Shown: positions 10,463 through 19,513, numbered from the stretch's first letter. The stretch is DNA of 64,000 nucleotides from an uncultured Gemmatimonadales bacterium (GCA_963695555.1 CAVOGR010000012.1:1-64000), one strand, 5' to 3'. Numbers and translations are program-made. The notes: generated from the sequence alone by a model not told the origin.

Positions 10463-12384
10463 TCTCCTTCCAGGTAGGTGTACCCCTCCAGCCCGGCCAC
10501 GTAATCGGCAATGAAGTTATTGGCTTCCGCCCGGGTCAGGCCGGCTGCGCGGCCCACCTTACGGCGGAATGTGGCCAGCAAATCGGCTGCATGGAACTGG
10601 ACGAATGTGAGCACCTCGGTGACGGTGTCGCCATGAACCATGTCGGTGATCTCATAGCCCGCCTTGGTCATGCGCACATGCACTGCGTTGGTGTCGCCAA
10701 AAAGATTGTGGAGGTCGCCCAGGATCTCCTGGTAGGCGCCAACGAGGAAGACGCCCAGTACATACGGCTCGTCTTCGCGCAGCGGGTGGAGCAACAGACT
10801 ATGTTGAGGCTCGCCGCTGCCGACGAAGAGATCGATGACGCCATCGGAGTCGCAGGTAATGTCGTGGAGCGTGCCCCGCCGCGTCGGTTCCTCGTCGAGT
10901 CGATGAATCGGCATGATTGGGAAGACCTGGTCGATAGCCCAACTGTCAGGCAGCGACTGAAAGACCGAGAAGTTACAAAAATACCGATCCACCAGTGCCG
11001 ACTCGATATGGCCTCCGAGTTCCGGATGAGCGGCGCGACTCTCTCCCACCACCCCTGCCACCGCGTTCATGGTGCGAAGATAGAGCTGCTCCGCCTGGGC
11101 CCGCTGCCGGAGCGACAGGACGCCGCTGCCAAAGAGATCCTGCGCACGCTGCTTGGCGAACACGGCGTCGTGGAAGACCTCCATCGTCCGGTCTGACGCA
11201 ACGAGGTCCAAGTTTTCCAGCATCTCGTGCAACAGCGGGTGCGCATTGGGCTCCAATTGCGGCACGTCGGGGCCCTCCTGGGACTCGACGTCTGTGACAT
11301 CGACCAGCAAGATTGCGTGGTGCGCCGTGATGGCACGGCCCGATTCCGACACGACATGCGGCATCGGCAGCTTTTCCTGCCGGCAGATGGTGGCCATGCT
11401 GTGCACCACGTCGTTGGCGTACTCCGCCACGGTGTAGTTGGTGCTGGTGGGTCGATTGGACCGGGTGCCATCGTAGTCCACGCCGAGGCCGCCGCCGACG
11501 TCCACATGCGAGATGGCGAAGCCCAGACGGTGGAGTTCGACATAGAACCGTCCGATCTCCTGAAGCCCAACCTTGATCTGCCGAATGTCGGTGATCTGGC
11601 TGCCCAAGTGGAAGTGGATCATCTTGAGCAGGTCTTGCCGCCCCTCCGCAACCAGCCGGTCGAGCAGTGACACGAGCTGGGCCGCGCCAAGCCCGAACTT
11701 CGACCGCTCGCCCCCGCTCTTTGCCCACCGGCCAGCCCCTTCAGCCGCCAGTTTGATCCGCACGCCGATCTGGGGGGCTGCATTGAGTTCCTCGGCCGCC
11801 TCGAGCAACGTGTCCAACTCACTCAGTTGCTCGAGAACCACGAAAACCCGGTGCCCCAGCCGCTGGCCCATGAGGGCCAGCCGCATGAACTCCGCGTCTT
11901 TGTAGCCGTTACAGACAATCAGATGATCGGTGTCTTCGCTCAGCCCGAGAATGGCCTGCAGCTCCCCCTTGCTGCCGCACTCGAGTCCGACACCGTATCG
12001 CTCGCCGAATTCGACCACTTCCTGCACCACATGGCGCTGCTGGTTGACCTTGATGGGATAGACTGTGGTATACCCGCCGTCGTAGCCCGCTTCCTGGATG
12101 GCGTTCGCGAAGGCCGCCCCCAGTGCTTCGATCCGCGCCTGGAGCACATCCGAGAAGCGGAGCAGCAGGGGAAGATGGATGCCTTGCGCCCGGAGGTCTC
12201 CGGCCAATTCAAAGAGATCGAGACCCCGGCGTCGACCATCGGCGCTGGGGTTCACCGTCACGTGTCCCTTGGAGTTGATCCTGAAAAAACCGAGCCCCCA
12301 CCGGCGCATCCGGTAGAGCTTCTCGGAATCCTTGCTGGTCCAGCCGGCGTCGGCTGCAGCTTCAGGCGTGGTGGTGGTGGTGAT
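10444..12384 (-). CDS. speA: Biosynthetic arginine decarboxylase
   Basis: VYPIKVNQ (PLP Lys), CNGYKD, HFHLGSQI, DVGGGLG, SESGRA, DITCDSDG, GAYQEILGDLHNLFG. Start uncertain: ATC at 12384 is proposed; the ORF is open to 12453. Confidence 0.95.
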   Translation of the reverse strand: MTTTTTPEAAADAGWTSKDSEKLYRMRRWGLGFFRINSKGHVTVNPSADGRRRGLDLFELAGDLRAQGIHLPLLLRFSDVLQARIEALGAAFANAIQEAGYDGGYTTVYPIKVNQQRHVVQEVVEFGERYGVGLECGSKGELQAILGLSEDTDHLIVCNGYKDAEFMRLALMGQRLGHRVFVVLEQLSELDTLLEAAEELNAAPQIGVRIKLAAEGAGRWAKSGGERSKFGLGAAQLVSLLDRLVAEGRQDLLKMIHFHLGSQITDIRQIKVGLQEIGRFYVELHRLGFAISHVDVGGGLGVDYDGTRSNRPTSTNYTVAEYANDVVHSMATICRQEKLPMPHVVSESGRAITAHHAILLVDVTDVESQEGPDVPQLEPNAHPLLHEMLENLDLVASDRTMEVFHDAVFAKQRAQDLFGSGVLSLRQRAQAEQLYLRTMNAVAGVVGESRAAHPELGGHIESALVDRYFCNFSVFQSLPDSWAIDQVFPIMPIHRLDEEPTRRGTLHDITCDSDGVIDLFVGSGEPQHSLLLHPLREDEPYVLGVFLVGAYQEILGDLHNLFGDTNAVHVRMTKAGYEITDMVHGDTVTEVLTFVQFHAADLLATFRRKVGRAAGLTRAEANNFIADYVAGLEGYTYLEGEARRDP

Positions 12385-12412
12385 CGCGCTCCTCCGGTCC
12401 CGGGGCAGGCCC

Positions 12413-12418
12413 ATTCTA
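12413..12418 (-). promoter_or_regulatory. Putative -10 element (TAGAAT) of the speA promoter
   Basis: TAGAAT on the minus strand, TTCCCG 18 nt upstream, GGAGGA SD downstream. Confidence 0.5.
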
Positions 12419-12461
12419 ACCCCGGCACCCCGCACTCGGGAAGCGCCCTCCACGAAGAGCC

Positions 12462-12490
12462 TTGACCGAGCGGGGGCACCCCACTAGTCT
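12462..12490 (+). promoter_or_regulatory. Sigma70-like promoter TTGACC-N17-TAGTCT
   Basis: Near-consensus -35 and -10 with 17-nt spacer. Confidence 0.6.
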
Positions 12491-12496
12491 TCTCTC

Positions 12497-12608
12497 CCAA
12501 GGACATAGCCCGCAAGGGCCCCAGGGGTCATGGACTGCTTCCGGCCTGGGTGATCAAAACCCGGAGGACGAGCCACCCGGTTCCGCGCATGCGGACCGGG
12601 GGTTTTTG
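12497..12608 (+). ncRNA. Candidate ~110-nt small RNA or attenuated leader (unassigned family)
   Basis: Bounded by the promoter above and a GC hairpin plus T-tract; contains a GCAA tetraloop hairpin and repeated GGAC motifs. Confidence 0.5.
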
Positions 12609-12693
12609 CTTGTGGGCATTTGAGCCGGCACCGTCTCACACGCCAGTGCGAGGTATATTTGGAGCAATCACACCTTCCACCAGGGAGCAGTCG

Positions 12694-13782
12694 GTGAAGT
12701 GGTCCTATCGCATCGGTCAGATCGCCGGAACGGACATCAAAGTCCACATCACGTTCCTCCTCCTCCTGGCGTTCATTGCATTCGTCAGCTACACGAGCGG
12801 CGGCCTCGCCAGTGCCGTGGGGACCACCGTGATGATCGTGGCGCTCTTCGCCTGCGTCCTGCTCCATGAATTCGGCCACATCCTGATGGCCCGGCGATTT
12901 GGGGTCCGCACGCCGGACGTCATTCTCCTTCCCATCGGCGGACTGGCCCGGTTGGAGCGCATGCCGGAGGAGCCCCGCCAGGAGCTGCTCATCGCCCTCG
13001 CAGGCCCGGCCGTCACCCTCGCCATCGCAGTGATCTTGTATCTCGTGCTGATGCTCAGTGGCGCCACGCTCACTGTCCAAGAGTTGACGCGGCTCGACCA
13101 GCCGCTGCTCCAGAATCTCATGGTCATCAACGTGATGCTGCTCCTGTTCAACCTGATTCCCGCCTTCCCGATGGATGGCGGTCGAGTGCTTCGGGCCGTG
13201 CTCGCAAGCCGAATGGGGCTTCGTCGTGCCACCCGAATCGCCGCGAGCATCGGCCAGGCCCTAGCCGTGCTGTTCGGGATGTGGGCGGTGTTCTACTCCT
13301 GGAATCCAATTCTCCTGCTCATCGCCGTGTTCGTGTTCCTCGCGGCCGGTGCCGAGGCCACCGCTATCGAAACGTCGTCGGCGGGCAAAGGCGTCGTCGT
13401 GGCCGACATGATGATCACCAATTTTCGCACCATCCCCGTATACGCGCCGCTCCAGCAGGCGGTCGAATTTCTGCTCGAAGGCGAGCAGCGCGAGTTCCCC
13501 GTGGTAGACAACGATGGACGCGTGGAGGGGTTGCTCACGCGGGAAAACCTCATCAAGGCGTTGGCGGAGCACGGCCCGGGCTCCATCGTGGGCGAGGCGA
13601 TGACGCCGCGCGTGGCCGGTGTGTCTCCCGCCCTGGAGTTCAACCAGGCCCTTACGCAGCTCCGCTCGAGCGGGCTCTCGGCGCTGCCGGTGCTCGATCC
13701 GGCCGGCCGCCTGATCGGCCTCCTCACGATGGACAACATCTCCGACCTCCTCCTGGTGCGCCGGGCCCAGGGCGTCGAATGA
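12694..13782 (+). CDS. Site-2 protease (peptidase M50) with tandem CBS domains
   Basis: LLHEFGH, NLIPAFPMDGGR, C-terminal CBS pair; GTG start with GGAG SD. Confidence 0.93.
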   Translation: MKWSYRIGQIAGTDIKVHITFLLLLAFIAFVSYTSGGLASAVGTTVMIVALFACVLLHEFGHILMARRFGVRTPDVILLPIGGLARLERMPEEPRQELLIALAGPAVTLAIAVILYLVLMLSGATLTVQELTRLDQPLLQNLMVINVMLLLFNLIPAFPMDGGRVLRAVLASRMGLRRATRIAASIGQALAVLFGMWAVFYSWNPILLLIAVFVFLAAGAEATAIETSSAGKGVVVADMMITNFRTIPVYAPLQQAVEFLLEGEQREFPVVDNDGRVEGLLTRENLIKALAEHGPGSIVGEAMTPRVAGVSPALEFNQALTQLRSSGLSALPVLDPAGRLIGLLTMDNISDLLLVRRAQGVE

Positions 13783-15182
13783 GCGGGCGTGCATCCGACG
13801 CGTCGCCGTTTCGGATAGCCGAGCGAACCTCACTCATCGCGGCGCCTCCCGAGAAGGTGTTCGCGTGGCACGCCCACCCGGGCGCGCTGGAGCGCCTGAT
13901 CCCACCGTGGGAATCAGTCGAGGTGGTGGAACAGAGCGCCGGCTTCGAGGATGGTGCCCGCGTAACACTGCGCGTCAGGCAGGGGCCCCTCACCTTTCGA
14001 TGGGTCGCCATCCATCGGGATACGATCCCGGGGCGGCAGTTCGTCGACGAGCAGGTCGAAGGGCCTTTTTCGCACTGGATTCACACCCACCGGATGGATC
14101 CCGCCGAGGACGGCAGCTGCCGGCTCTCGGATCGCATCGAGTATGCTCCGCCCTTCGGTCTCGTGGGAGCAGCGGCAGGACAGTGGTGCCTGGCCCCGCA
14201 GATCGAGCGTATGCTACGCTATCGTCACGATGTCACGCGAGAGGACCTCGCCGCGCACTCGCGGTTTCGGGATAGTCCCCGTCTGACGATCGCAGTGACC
14301 GGCTCCCACGGCCTCATCGGATCGGCGCTGGTCCCCTTCCTCACGACCGGCGGGCACCGGGTCGTGCGGCTGGTGCGCTCGCGGCCCGCCCCTGGTGACG
14401 TGCTCTGGGATGCGGCAACCGGCCGATTCGATCCTGAGGCTCTTGGCTCGGTCGACGCCGTCATCCACCTCGCCGGCGAGAACATTGCGGCAGGCCGATG
14501 GACCGAGAGCCAGAAGCGTCGCATCCGTGAAAGCCGTCTCCGGACGACTGGCGGCCTGAGTCACGCCCTCGCCGCGCTCGACCGGCCTCCGTCGGTGCTG
14601 ATTTGCGCCTCGGCGATCGGGTTCTATGGCGACCGGGCCGATGAGCCCCTGAGTGAGGACAGCCCGGCGGGGACAGGCTTCTTGGCTGACCTGGCGCGCG
14701 ATTGGGAGGCGGCAACGGAGCCAGCGGCGGCACGGGATCTGCGGGTGGTCCACACGCGCTTCGGCGTCGTGCTGTCTCCGCAAGGCGGGGCGCTCAAGGC
14801 CATGTTGCCCGTGTTCAGGATCGGGCTCGGAGGGCGCTTGGGACCGGGCTCACAGTGGATGAGTTGGATATCGATCGACGACACCATCGGCGCCATTTAT
14901 CACGCCTTGCACACTGCTGACCTGCGCGGACCCGTCAATGTGGTCGCCCCCGCGGCCGTGAGGAATCGGGCCTTTGCCGAGACCTTGGCGAACCTACTTG
15001 GCCGGCCCGCGCTCGGGCCGGTGCCCGCACCGCTTCTTCGGCTCGTTGTCGGCGAGATGGCCGGTGAGGCATTGTTGGCCAGCGCGCGGGTCACGCCCTT
15101 GCGGCTCAGCGACACCGGGTATCATTTCCGACACGCGACCCTGGAAGCGGCACTATCGCACGTCTTAGGTAAGTCGATCTAG
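13779..15182 (+). CDS. SRPBCC-domain/TIGR01777-family NAD-dependent epimerase fusion
   Basis: N-terminal FVDEQVEGPFSHWIHTH; VTGSHGLIG, HLAGENI, SAIGFYG, GSQWMSWI. ATGA overlap with the upstream gene. Confidence 0.9.
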   Translation: MSGRASDASPFRIAERTSLIAAPPEKVFAWHAHPGALERLIPPWESVEVVEQSAGFEDGARVTLRVRQGPLTFRWVAIHRDTIPGRQFVDEQVEGPFSHWIHTHRMDPAEDGSCRLSDRIEYAPPFGLVGAAAGQWCLAPQIERMLRYRHDVTREDLAAHSRFRDSPRLTIAVTGSHGLIGSALVPFLTTGGHRVVRLVRSRPAPGDVLWDAATGRFDPEALGSVDAVIHLAGENIAAGRWTESQKRRIRESRLRTTGGLSHALAALDRPPSVLICASAIGFYGDRADEPLSEDSPAGTGFLADLARDWEAATEPAAARDLRVVHTRFGVVLSPQGGALKAMLPVFRIGLGGRLGPGSQWMSWISIDDTIGAIYHALHTADLRGPVNVVAPAAVRNRAFAETLANLLGRPALGPVPAPLLRLVVGEMAGEALLASARVTPLRLSDTGYHFRHATLEAALSHVLGKSI

Positions 15183-15229
15183 CGCCGTCGGGCCGCACCT
15201 TTTTCCGATCCCTGCAAAACGGTACCACC

Positions 15230-15844
15230 ATGACGCCCCCGTCCTACAGCGACCGCATCGATCATGCTTTCGCGTACCTCGTTAAGCACTACGGCGCGGG
15301 GAGCCCGCGCTTTGCGTCCCCCGCACCCCATGCCCGGGCCATGAACGTCGCTGTGACGCTGGCAAGATTCGGCTGCGATGAAGAAACCATCGTCGCGGGT
15401 ATCCTGCGCTATGTCTTCGAGGAAGCCGCCCCGCGGGTCAGGCCGGCGCTAGAGGGCAAAGTCGAGCAGAAGTTCGGGAACTCGTCCTTCCTCGCCGCCC
15501 GAGATGCCACATTCCCAAAGTATGATGCCACCGGGCGCGAGCGATCCTGGATGGACTACCGCCACGCGTACCTCGACCGGCTGCACGGCACGGCTCCCCG
15601 AACACTGGACCTGGTGGCCGCACACGAGATTCATTGGTGCGGTTCCGCCCTGTCCACCATCGAGCGATTAGGCGACGAGTACCTTCATGGTTTGACCCCT
15701 GCCACACATGCCGAGCTCCTCTGGTGGTATCGATCCCTGGGTGAGGTGCTCGACGAGCGGGCTGATTGGGTACATCCTTCCATGCTCGGGGAACTCCGAC
15801 GTCTGAGTGCGCGGCTAATCCGGTCCTCACCGAACCCTCGCTAG
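15230..15844 (+). CDS. HD-domain (RelA/SpoT hydrolase/Mesh1-like) protein with degenerate HD motif
   Basis: RIDHAFAYLVKHY...NVAVTLARFGCDEETIVAGILRYVFEE...KFG matches the HD_4 pattern, but HD is replaced by RY. Confidence 0.7.
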   Translation: MTPPSYSDRIDHAFAYLVKHYGAGSPRFASPAPHARAMNVAVTLARFGCDEETIVAGILRYVFEEAAPRVRPALEGKVEQKFGNSSFLAARDATFPKYDATGRERSWMDYRHAYLDRLHGTAPRTLDLVAAHEIHWCGSALSTIERLGDEYLHGLTPATHAELLWWYRSLGEVLDERADWVHPSMLGELRRLSARLIRSSPNPR

Positions 15845-15890
15845 CCCCAACGACACGGCCCTCGCGACCGTCCGCGGCTGGGACCGGCCG

Positions 15891-17294
15891 ATGTACAGTC
15901 TGGTTTGGCGGATGGCCATGGGCCAGCTATTTTGCACGCACATGGGAACCTTCCCTCACTCGGCACCTCTGTCCCCAATTCCAACCGCGTTCGCGGAAGC
16001 GTGCCGCGTCTCCCGTACGGACGCGGAGCTGTTCGAGCGATGTCGGGATGTGCTGGTCAATCGTTTCGGCAGCGAGAAGATCTGGTTCACCATCACGTCG
16101 CCTCGTGGTCCGGACCGGCGGATTGGCGCCGCGGCCGGGTATGAAGACGCCCGGCAAGTGGCCCACGTTGGGAGCGGAGACATCGAACTCACAATTGCCG
16201 CAGACACCGGTGTCGCCGACCAGATTCGAGGCGATGCTGTCCCGCTGGCATGGGGCCTCCTGGTCACCTTGGAGCTTCGGAGCGTCCTGGTCGAGCGGCA
16301 GGCGGACCTCGATGATGCCGTCTTCCAACTGCGTGCCCTCCGGCAGGTCGCGCGGCTCTTGTCTTCGGTCCATTCCACCGAAGAAACCGAGCACCTCATC
16401 GTCGATTTCACCGCGGAGGTGTTCATCACGAGCTGGGCTTGTTTGTATCGGCCTCGGGGCAAGGAATACCACCCGGTCGCGTTTCGCAGCCGTGAGGAAG
16501 CCCCACCACCTGCGGGGATCCCGCGCGAGCAGCTCGACCGCGTGGTCCCGCTCGGCGGCTCCGCCGCGGCGTGCGACCAGACGCCGCTTGCCGCGGTGGT
16601 GACTCCCGGTACGCAGTTCGTGGTTCCGCTCGATGCCGGACCGGAACGGATGGCGGTCCTGGCCTTCGGCCCCCGGGTCACGGGGCAGCAGCTTGGCAAC
16701 GCCGAGCTCGAGCTGGCCGGTACGCTCTCGTTTGCCGCGGCGATCGCACTCAAGAACGCAGCCTTGGTGGAAGAACTCCATAGCGCGGCCACCACGGACC
16801 AACTCACGGGGCTCTACAACCGCCGGGCGCTCGAGGAACGGCTCAAGGCGGAACTGCAGCGGGCAAGTCGCCATGCGCTGCATACCACGATCGTCTTGAT
16901 CGATATCGACTACTTCAAGCTGGTCAACGACAACCTCGGGCATCTCGAGGGCGACCGGCTGCTGGTGCTACTCGGAAAGATCTTCTCGAAACAGAGCCGG
17001 AACCTGGATATCGTCGGCCGGCTCGGGGGAGACGAGTTCTTGGTGATCCTGCCGATGACCAATGGCGAGGAAGCACAGATCTACGTGAAGCGGGTTCTCG
17101 ACACTCTTCGTCGCTTACCCGAGGATTATCCGGAATTTGGGCCGCAGACGATCAGCCTGGGTTTGGCGGTGGCCCCGCGTCACGGATCGACGCCGAGCGC
17201 CCTCCTCCGCGCGGCGGATGCAGCGCTCTACCGTGCGAAACGTACCGGCGGCAACAGGGTTGAAGTGGCGGAGGGTGAGGATGGTAGCGGGTGA
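15891..17294 (+). CDS. Diguanylate cyclase with GAF-like sensor region
   Basis: TDQLTGLYNRR, DIDYFKLVND, RNLD I-site, RLGGDEF, ADAALYRAK. Start uncertain. Confidence 0.92.
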   Translation: MYSLVWRMAMGQLFCTHMGTFPHSAPLSPIPTAFAEACRVSRTDAELFERCRDVLVNRFGSEKIWFTITSPRGPDRRIGAAAGYEDARQVAHVGSGDIELTIAADTGVADQIRGDAVPLAWGLLVTLELRSVLVERQADLDDAVFQLRALRQVARLLSSVHSTEETEHLIVDFTAEVFITSWACLYRPRGKEYHPVAFRSREEAPPPAGIPREQLDRVVPLGGSAAACDQTPLAAVVTPGTQFVVPLDAGPERMAVLAFGPRVTGQQLGNAELELAGTLSFAAAIALKNAALVEELHSAATTDQLTGLYNRRALEERLKAELQRASRHALHTTIVLIDIDYFKLVNDNLGHLEGDRLLVLLGKIFSKQSRNLDIVGRLGGDEFLVILPMTNGEEAQIYVKRVLDTLRRLPEDYPEFGPQTISLGLAVAPRHGSTPSALLRAADAALYRAKRTGGNRVEVAEGEDGSG

Positions 17295-19080
17295 TGCAGA
17301 CACCCCTGTAGCCGAGTCTTCTCCCGCGGCTGGCTACCTCGCTCGCACCGAGGCCTTGCTGGGCGAGCGGTTCCGGCTGGACCGAATGGTTGCCTCCTCT
17401 CGCGAGCGTGTGCTGTTCCTCGCCTTCGATCGCCTGGTCCATCGCAAGGTCAGTCTCCGCGTCAACATCTTCAGCGATGAGCAATACCGCACTTGGTTCC
17501 TGACCGAGGCCAAGGCCCTGGCGCAGTTGGACCATCCCGCAATCCGGCACCTGTACGAGGCCGGCATCGCCGGCGACATCGCCTATCGCGTCGGGAATTG
17601 GGTGGACGGCGAAGGTCTCGACCATGCGGTCGCGCGTGGCCCGCGCCCCATTCCAACGGTACTGCGCTTTGCCCGCGACCTGTTGGGCGCCCTGGAGCAC
17701 GCCCACGATCGCGGGGTCATCCTTCGACGAATCGTTCCGACCGCCATCGTGATCGGGCCATCAGGCCGCGGGGTGGTCACGGACTTGCGATTCTCGAATT
17801 TCACGCTGCACACCATCCCGCCCGGCATCAGGCCGAGCGGCGAAGCGTTCGTGGCACCCGAAGCCCGCGAAAGCGACGCCAGTGATCCGCTCGGCGACGT
17901 CTACACCGCGGGGGCCATTCTCTACTACACGGTCACCGGCCAGGCGCCGCCGCTCGACCCCGCAGAAGTCGTATTGCCCACGACGCTCCGACCGGTGTGC
18001 CCCAAGATCCTCGAGCAAGTCATCCTCCGCGCGCTGGAATACGAACCGGTGCGGCGCTATCTCACCGCATCGGAAATGCTGGACGACCTCGTGTCCGCGG
18101 CGGGGCTCTTCGAGACCACCCCCACCCCAGCCATGGACTCCACGGAACTCTATGGGACGGCGGACGCCTGGGAAGGACATCTGCGCCGGGCCTTGGGCGA
18201 CGATTACGAACTGCTCGATACCCTGGGGCAAGGCGGATTCGGACGCGTGTACCGGGTCCGAGATCTACACCTCGAGCGCGAAGTCGCGCTCAAACTGCTG
18301 CATCCCTACCTGACCCAACACCCCTCGGGCGTGGAGCGGTTTCGGCGGGAGGCGCAGCTTGCTGCCAAGCTCAAGCATCCCCACATCGTCGACATCTATG
18401 ACATTTCGGGACGAGCCGGCCTGCTATGGTACACCATGGAGCTGGTGAAGGGCTCCAACGTCGCACAATGGGTCGAGCGCAACGGCCCCATGCCGCTCGA
18501 CCAGGTTCTGCGCCTGATGCGCGAGGCGTTATCGGCGCTCGCCCACGCCCACGCGAGCGACCTGGTCCACCGCGATATCAAGCCGGAGAACCTCTTGATC
18601 GACGAGCGCGGCAGCCTGCGAATTACTGACTTCGGCTTGGCAATGGCGCTGCAGTCCCAGGAATACGGCGGCGCGACCAGCCGCAGTGGAACGCCCCAAT
18701 TCGCGAGCCCGGAACAGTTGCTCGGTGAACAGGTCGATCAGCGGTCGGACCTCTACAGCCTCGCAGTGGTGGCGTACTATGCCCTGCTCGGCTTTCCGCC
18801 CTTTACCGGCTCCAGTGCGGCCCAAATTCTCGTGAAGCAAACGACCGACCAGGTCCCGGCGCTCAGGAGCTACCGTCATGACGTGAGCCAAGAACTCGAG
18901 GCGGTCCTCCGGCGGGCAGTCCGCAACGATGTGGCGGCTCGCTTCGCCACGGCGTCCGAGTTTTTCCAGGCCTTGCGCCAAGCATTGCGGATCGCGCCGA
19001 CCCGACCCCCTTCCGACCCCCTCCGTCCCGGGTCGCGTTGGTGGCGCCCACGCGGGAGCTCCCGGGGCGACGGGGTGTGA
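17281..19080 (+). CDS. Tandem Hanks-type kinase: N-terminal pseudokinase plus intact C-terminal Ser/Thr kinase
   Basis: C domain has GQGGFG, VALK, HRDIKPEN, DFG, SPE. N domain has degenerate equivalents but keeps APE and DVYTAG. Confidence 0.92.
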   Translation: MVAGDADTPVAESSPAAGYLARTEALLGERFRLDRMVASSRERVLFLAFDRLVHRKVSLRVNIFSDEQYRTWFLTEAKALAQLDHPAIRHLYEAGIAGDIAYRVGNWVDGEGLDHAVARGPRPIPTVLRFARDLLGALEHAHDRGVILRRIVPTAIVIGPSGRGVVTDLRFSNFTLHTIPPGIRPSGEAFVAPEARESDASDPLGDVYTAGAILYYTVTGQAPPLDPAEVVLPTTLRPVCPKILEQVILRALEYEPVRRYLTASEMLDDLVSAAGLFETTPTPAMDSTELYGTADAWEGHLRRALGDDYELLDTLGQGGFGRVYRVRDLHLEREVALKLLHPYLTQHPSGVERFRREAQLAAKLKHPHIVDIYDISGRAGLLWYTMELVKGSNVAQWVERNGPMPLDQVLRLMREALSALAHAHASDLVHRDIKPENLLIDERGSLRITDFGLAMALQSQEYGGATSRSGTPQFASPEQLLGEQVDQRSDLYSLAVVAYYALLGFPPFTGSSAAQILVKQTTDQVPALRSYRHDVSQELEAVLRRAVRNDVAARFATASEFFQALRQALRIAPTRPPSDPLRPGSRWWRPRGSSRGDGV

Positions 19081-19243
19081 TCGCCTTGAGTTTCACCGCA
19101 GGCCTTGACGACGCCCCACACCAGGCAGATCTTGTCCGAATCCGGCCTGGGCAGAGCACGTAGGCAGGGTCCTAGAGCGCTGGAATTGTCGGCGGGTCTA
19201 TTCGATAGATCCAAAGCGTCGACCCAACACCTGGAGTGAGTCC

Positions 19244-19456
19244 ATGGCACGTACGACCGGAACGGTGAAGTGGTTCAACGATACGAAGGGATTTGGCTTT
19301 ATTACCCCCGAAGATGGCAGCAAGGACTGTTTCGTCCATCACACGGCCATTGTTGCCGAGGGGTTCCGGACCCTGGCGGAAGGCGATAGGGTCGAGTTCG
19401 AAATGGTCGAGGGTGCCAAAGGCCCCGCCGCCGGGAATGTCGCCAAGATCACCTAG
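19244..19456 (+). CDS. Cold-shock protein (CspA family)
   Basis: [32 protein letters not shown]. Confidence 0.97.
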   Translation: MARTTGTVKWFNDTKGFGFITPEDGSKDCFVHHTAIVAEGFRTLAEGDRVEFEMVEGAKGPAAGNVAKIT

Positions 19457-19474
19457 CCGCGTTCCGAATACCAT

Positions 19475-19513
19475 CAACCACGAGGGCCGCTCAGCGAGCG
19501 GCCCTCGTGGTTG
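19475..19513. terminator. Inverted repeat between convergent csp and infA
   Basis: caaccacgagggccgctc...gagcggccctcgtggttg perfect stem. Confidence 0.75.

Noticed and set aside
12530..12556. Minus-strand CCAGGCCGGAAGCAG resembling the SRP RNA domain IV
   Set aside because: It lacks the full CAGGUCCGGAAGGAAGCAG motif and the long flanking helix.
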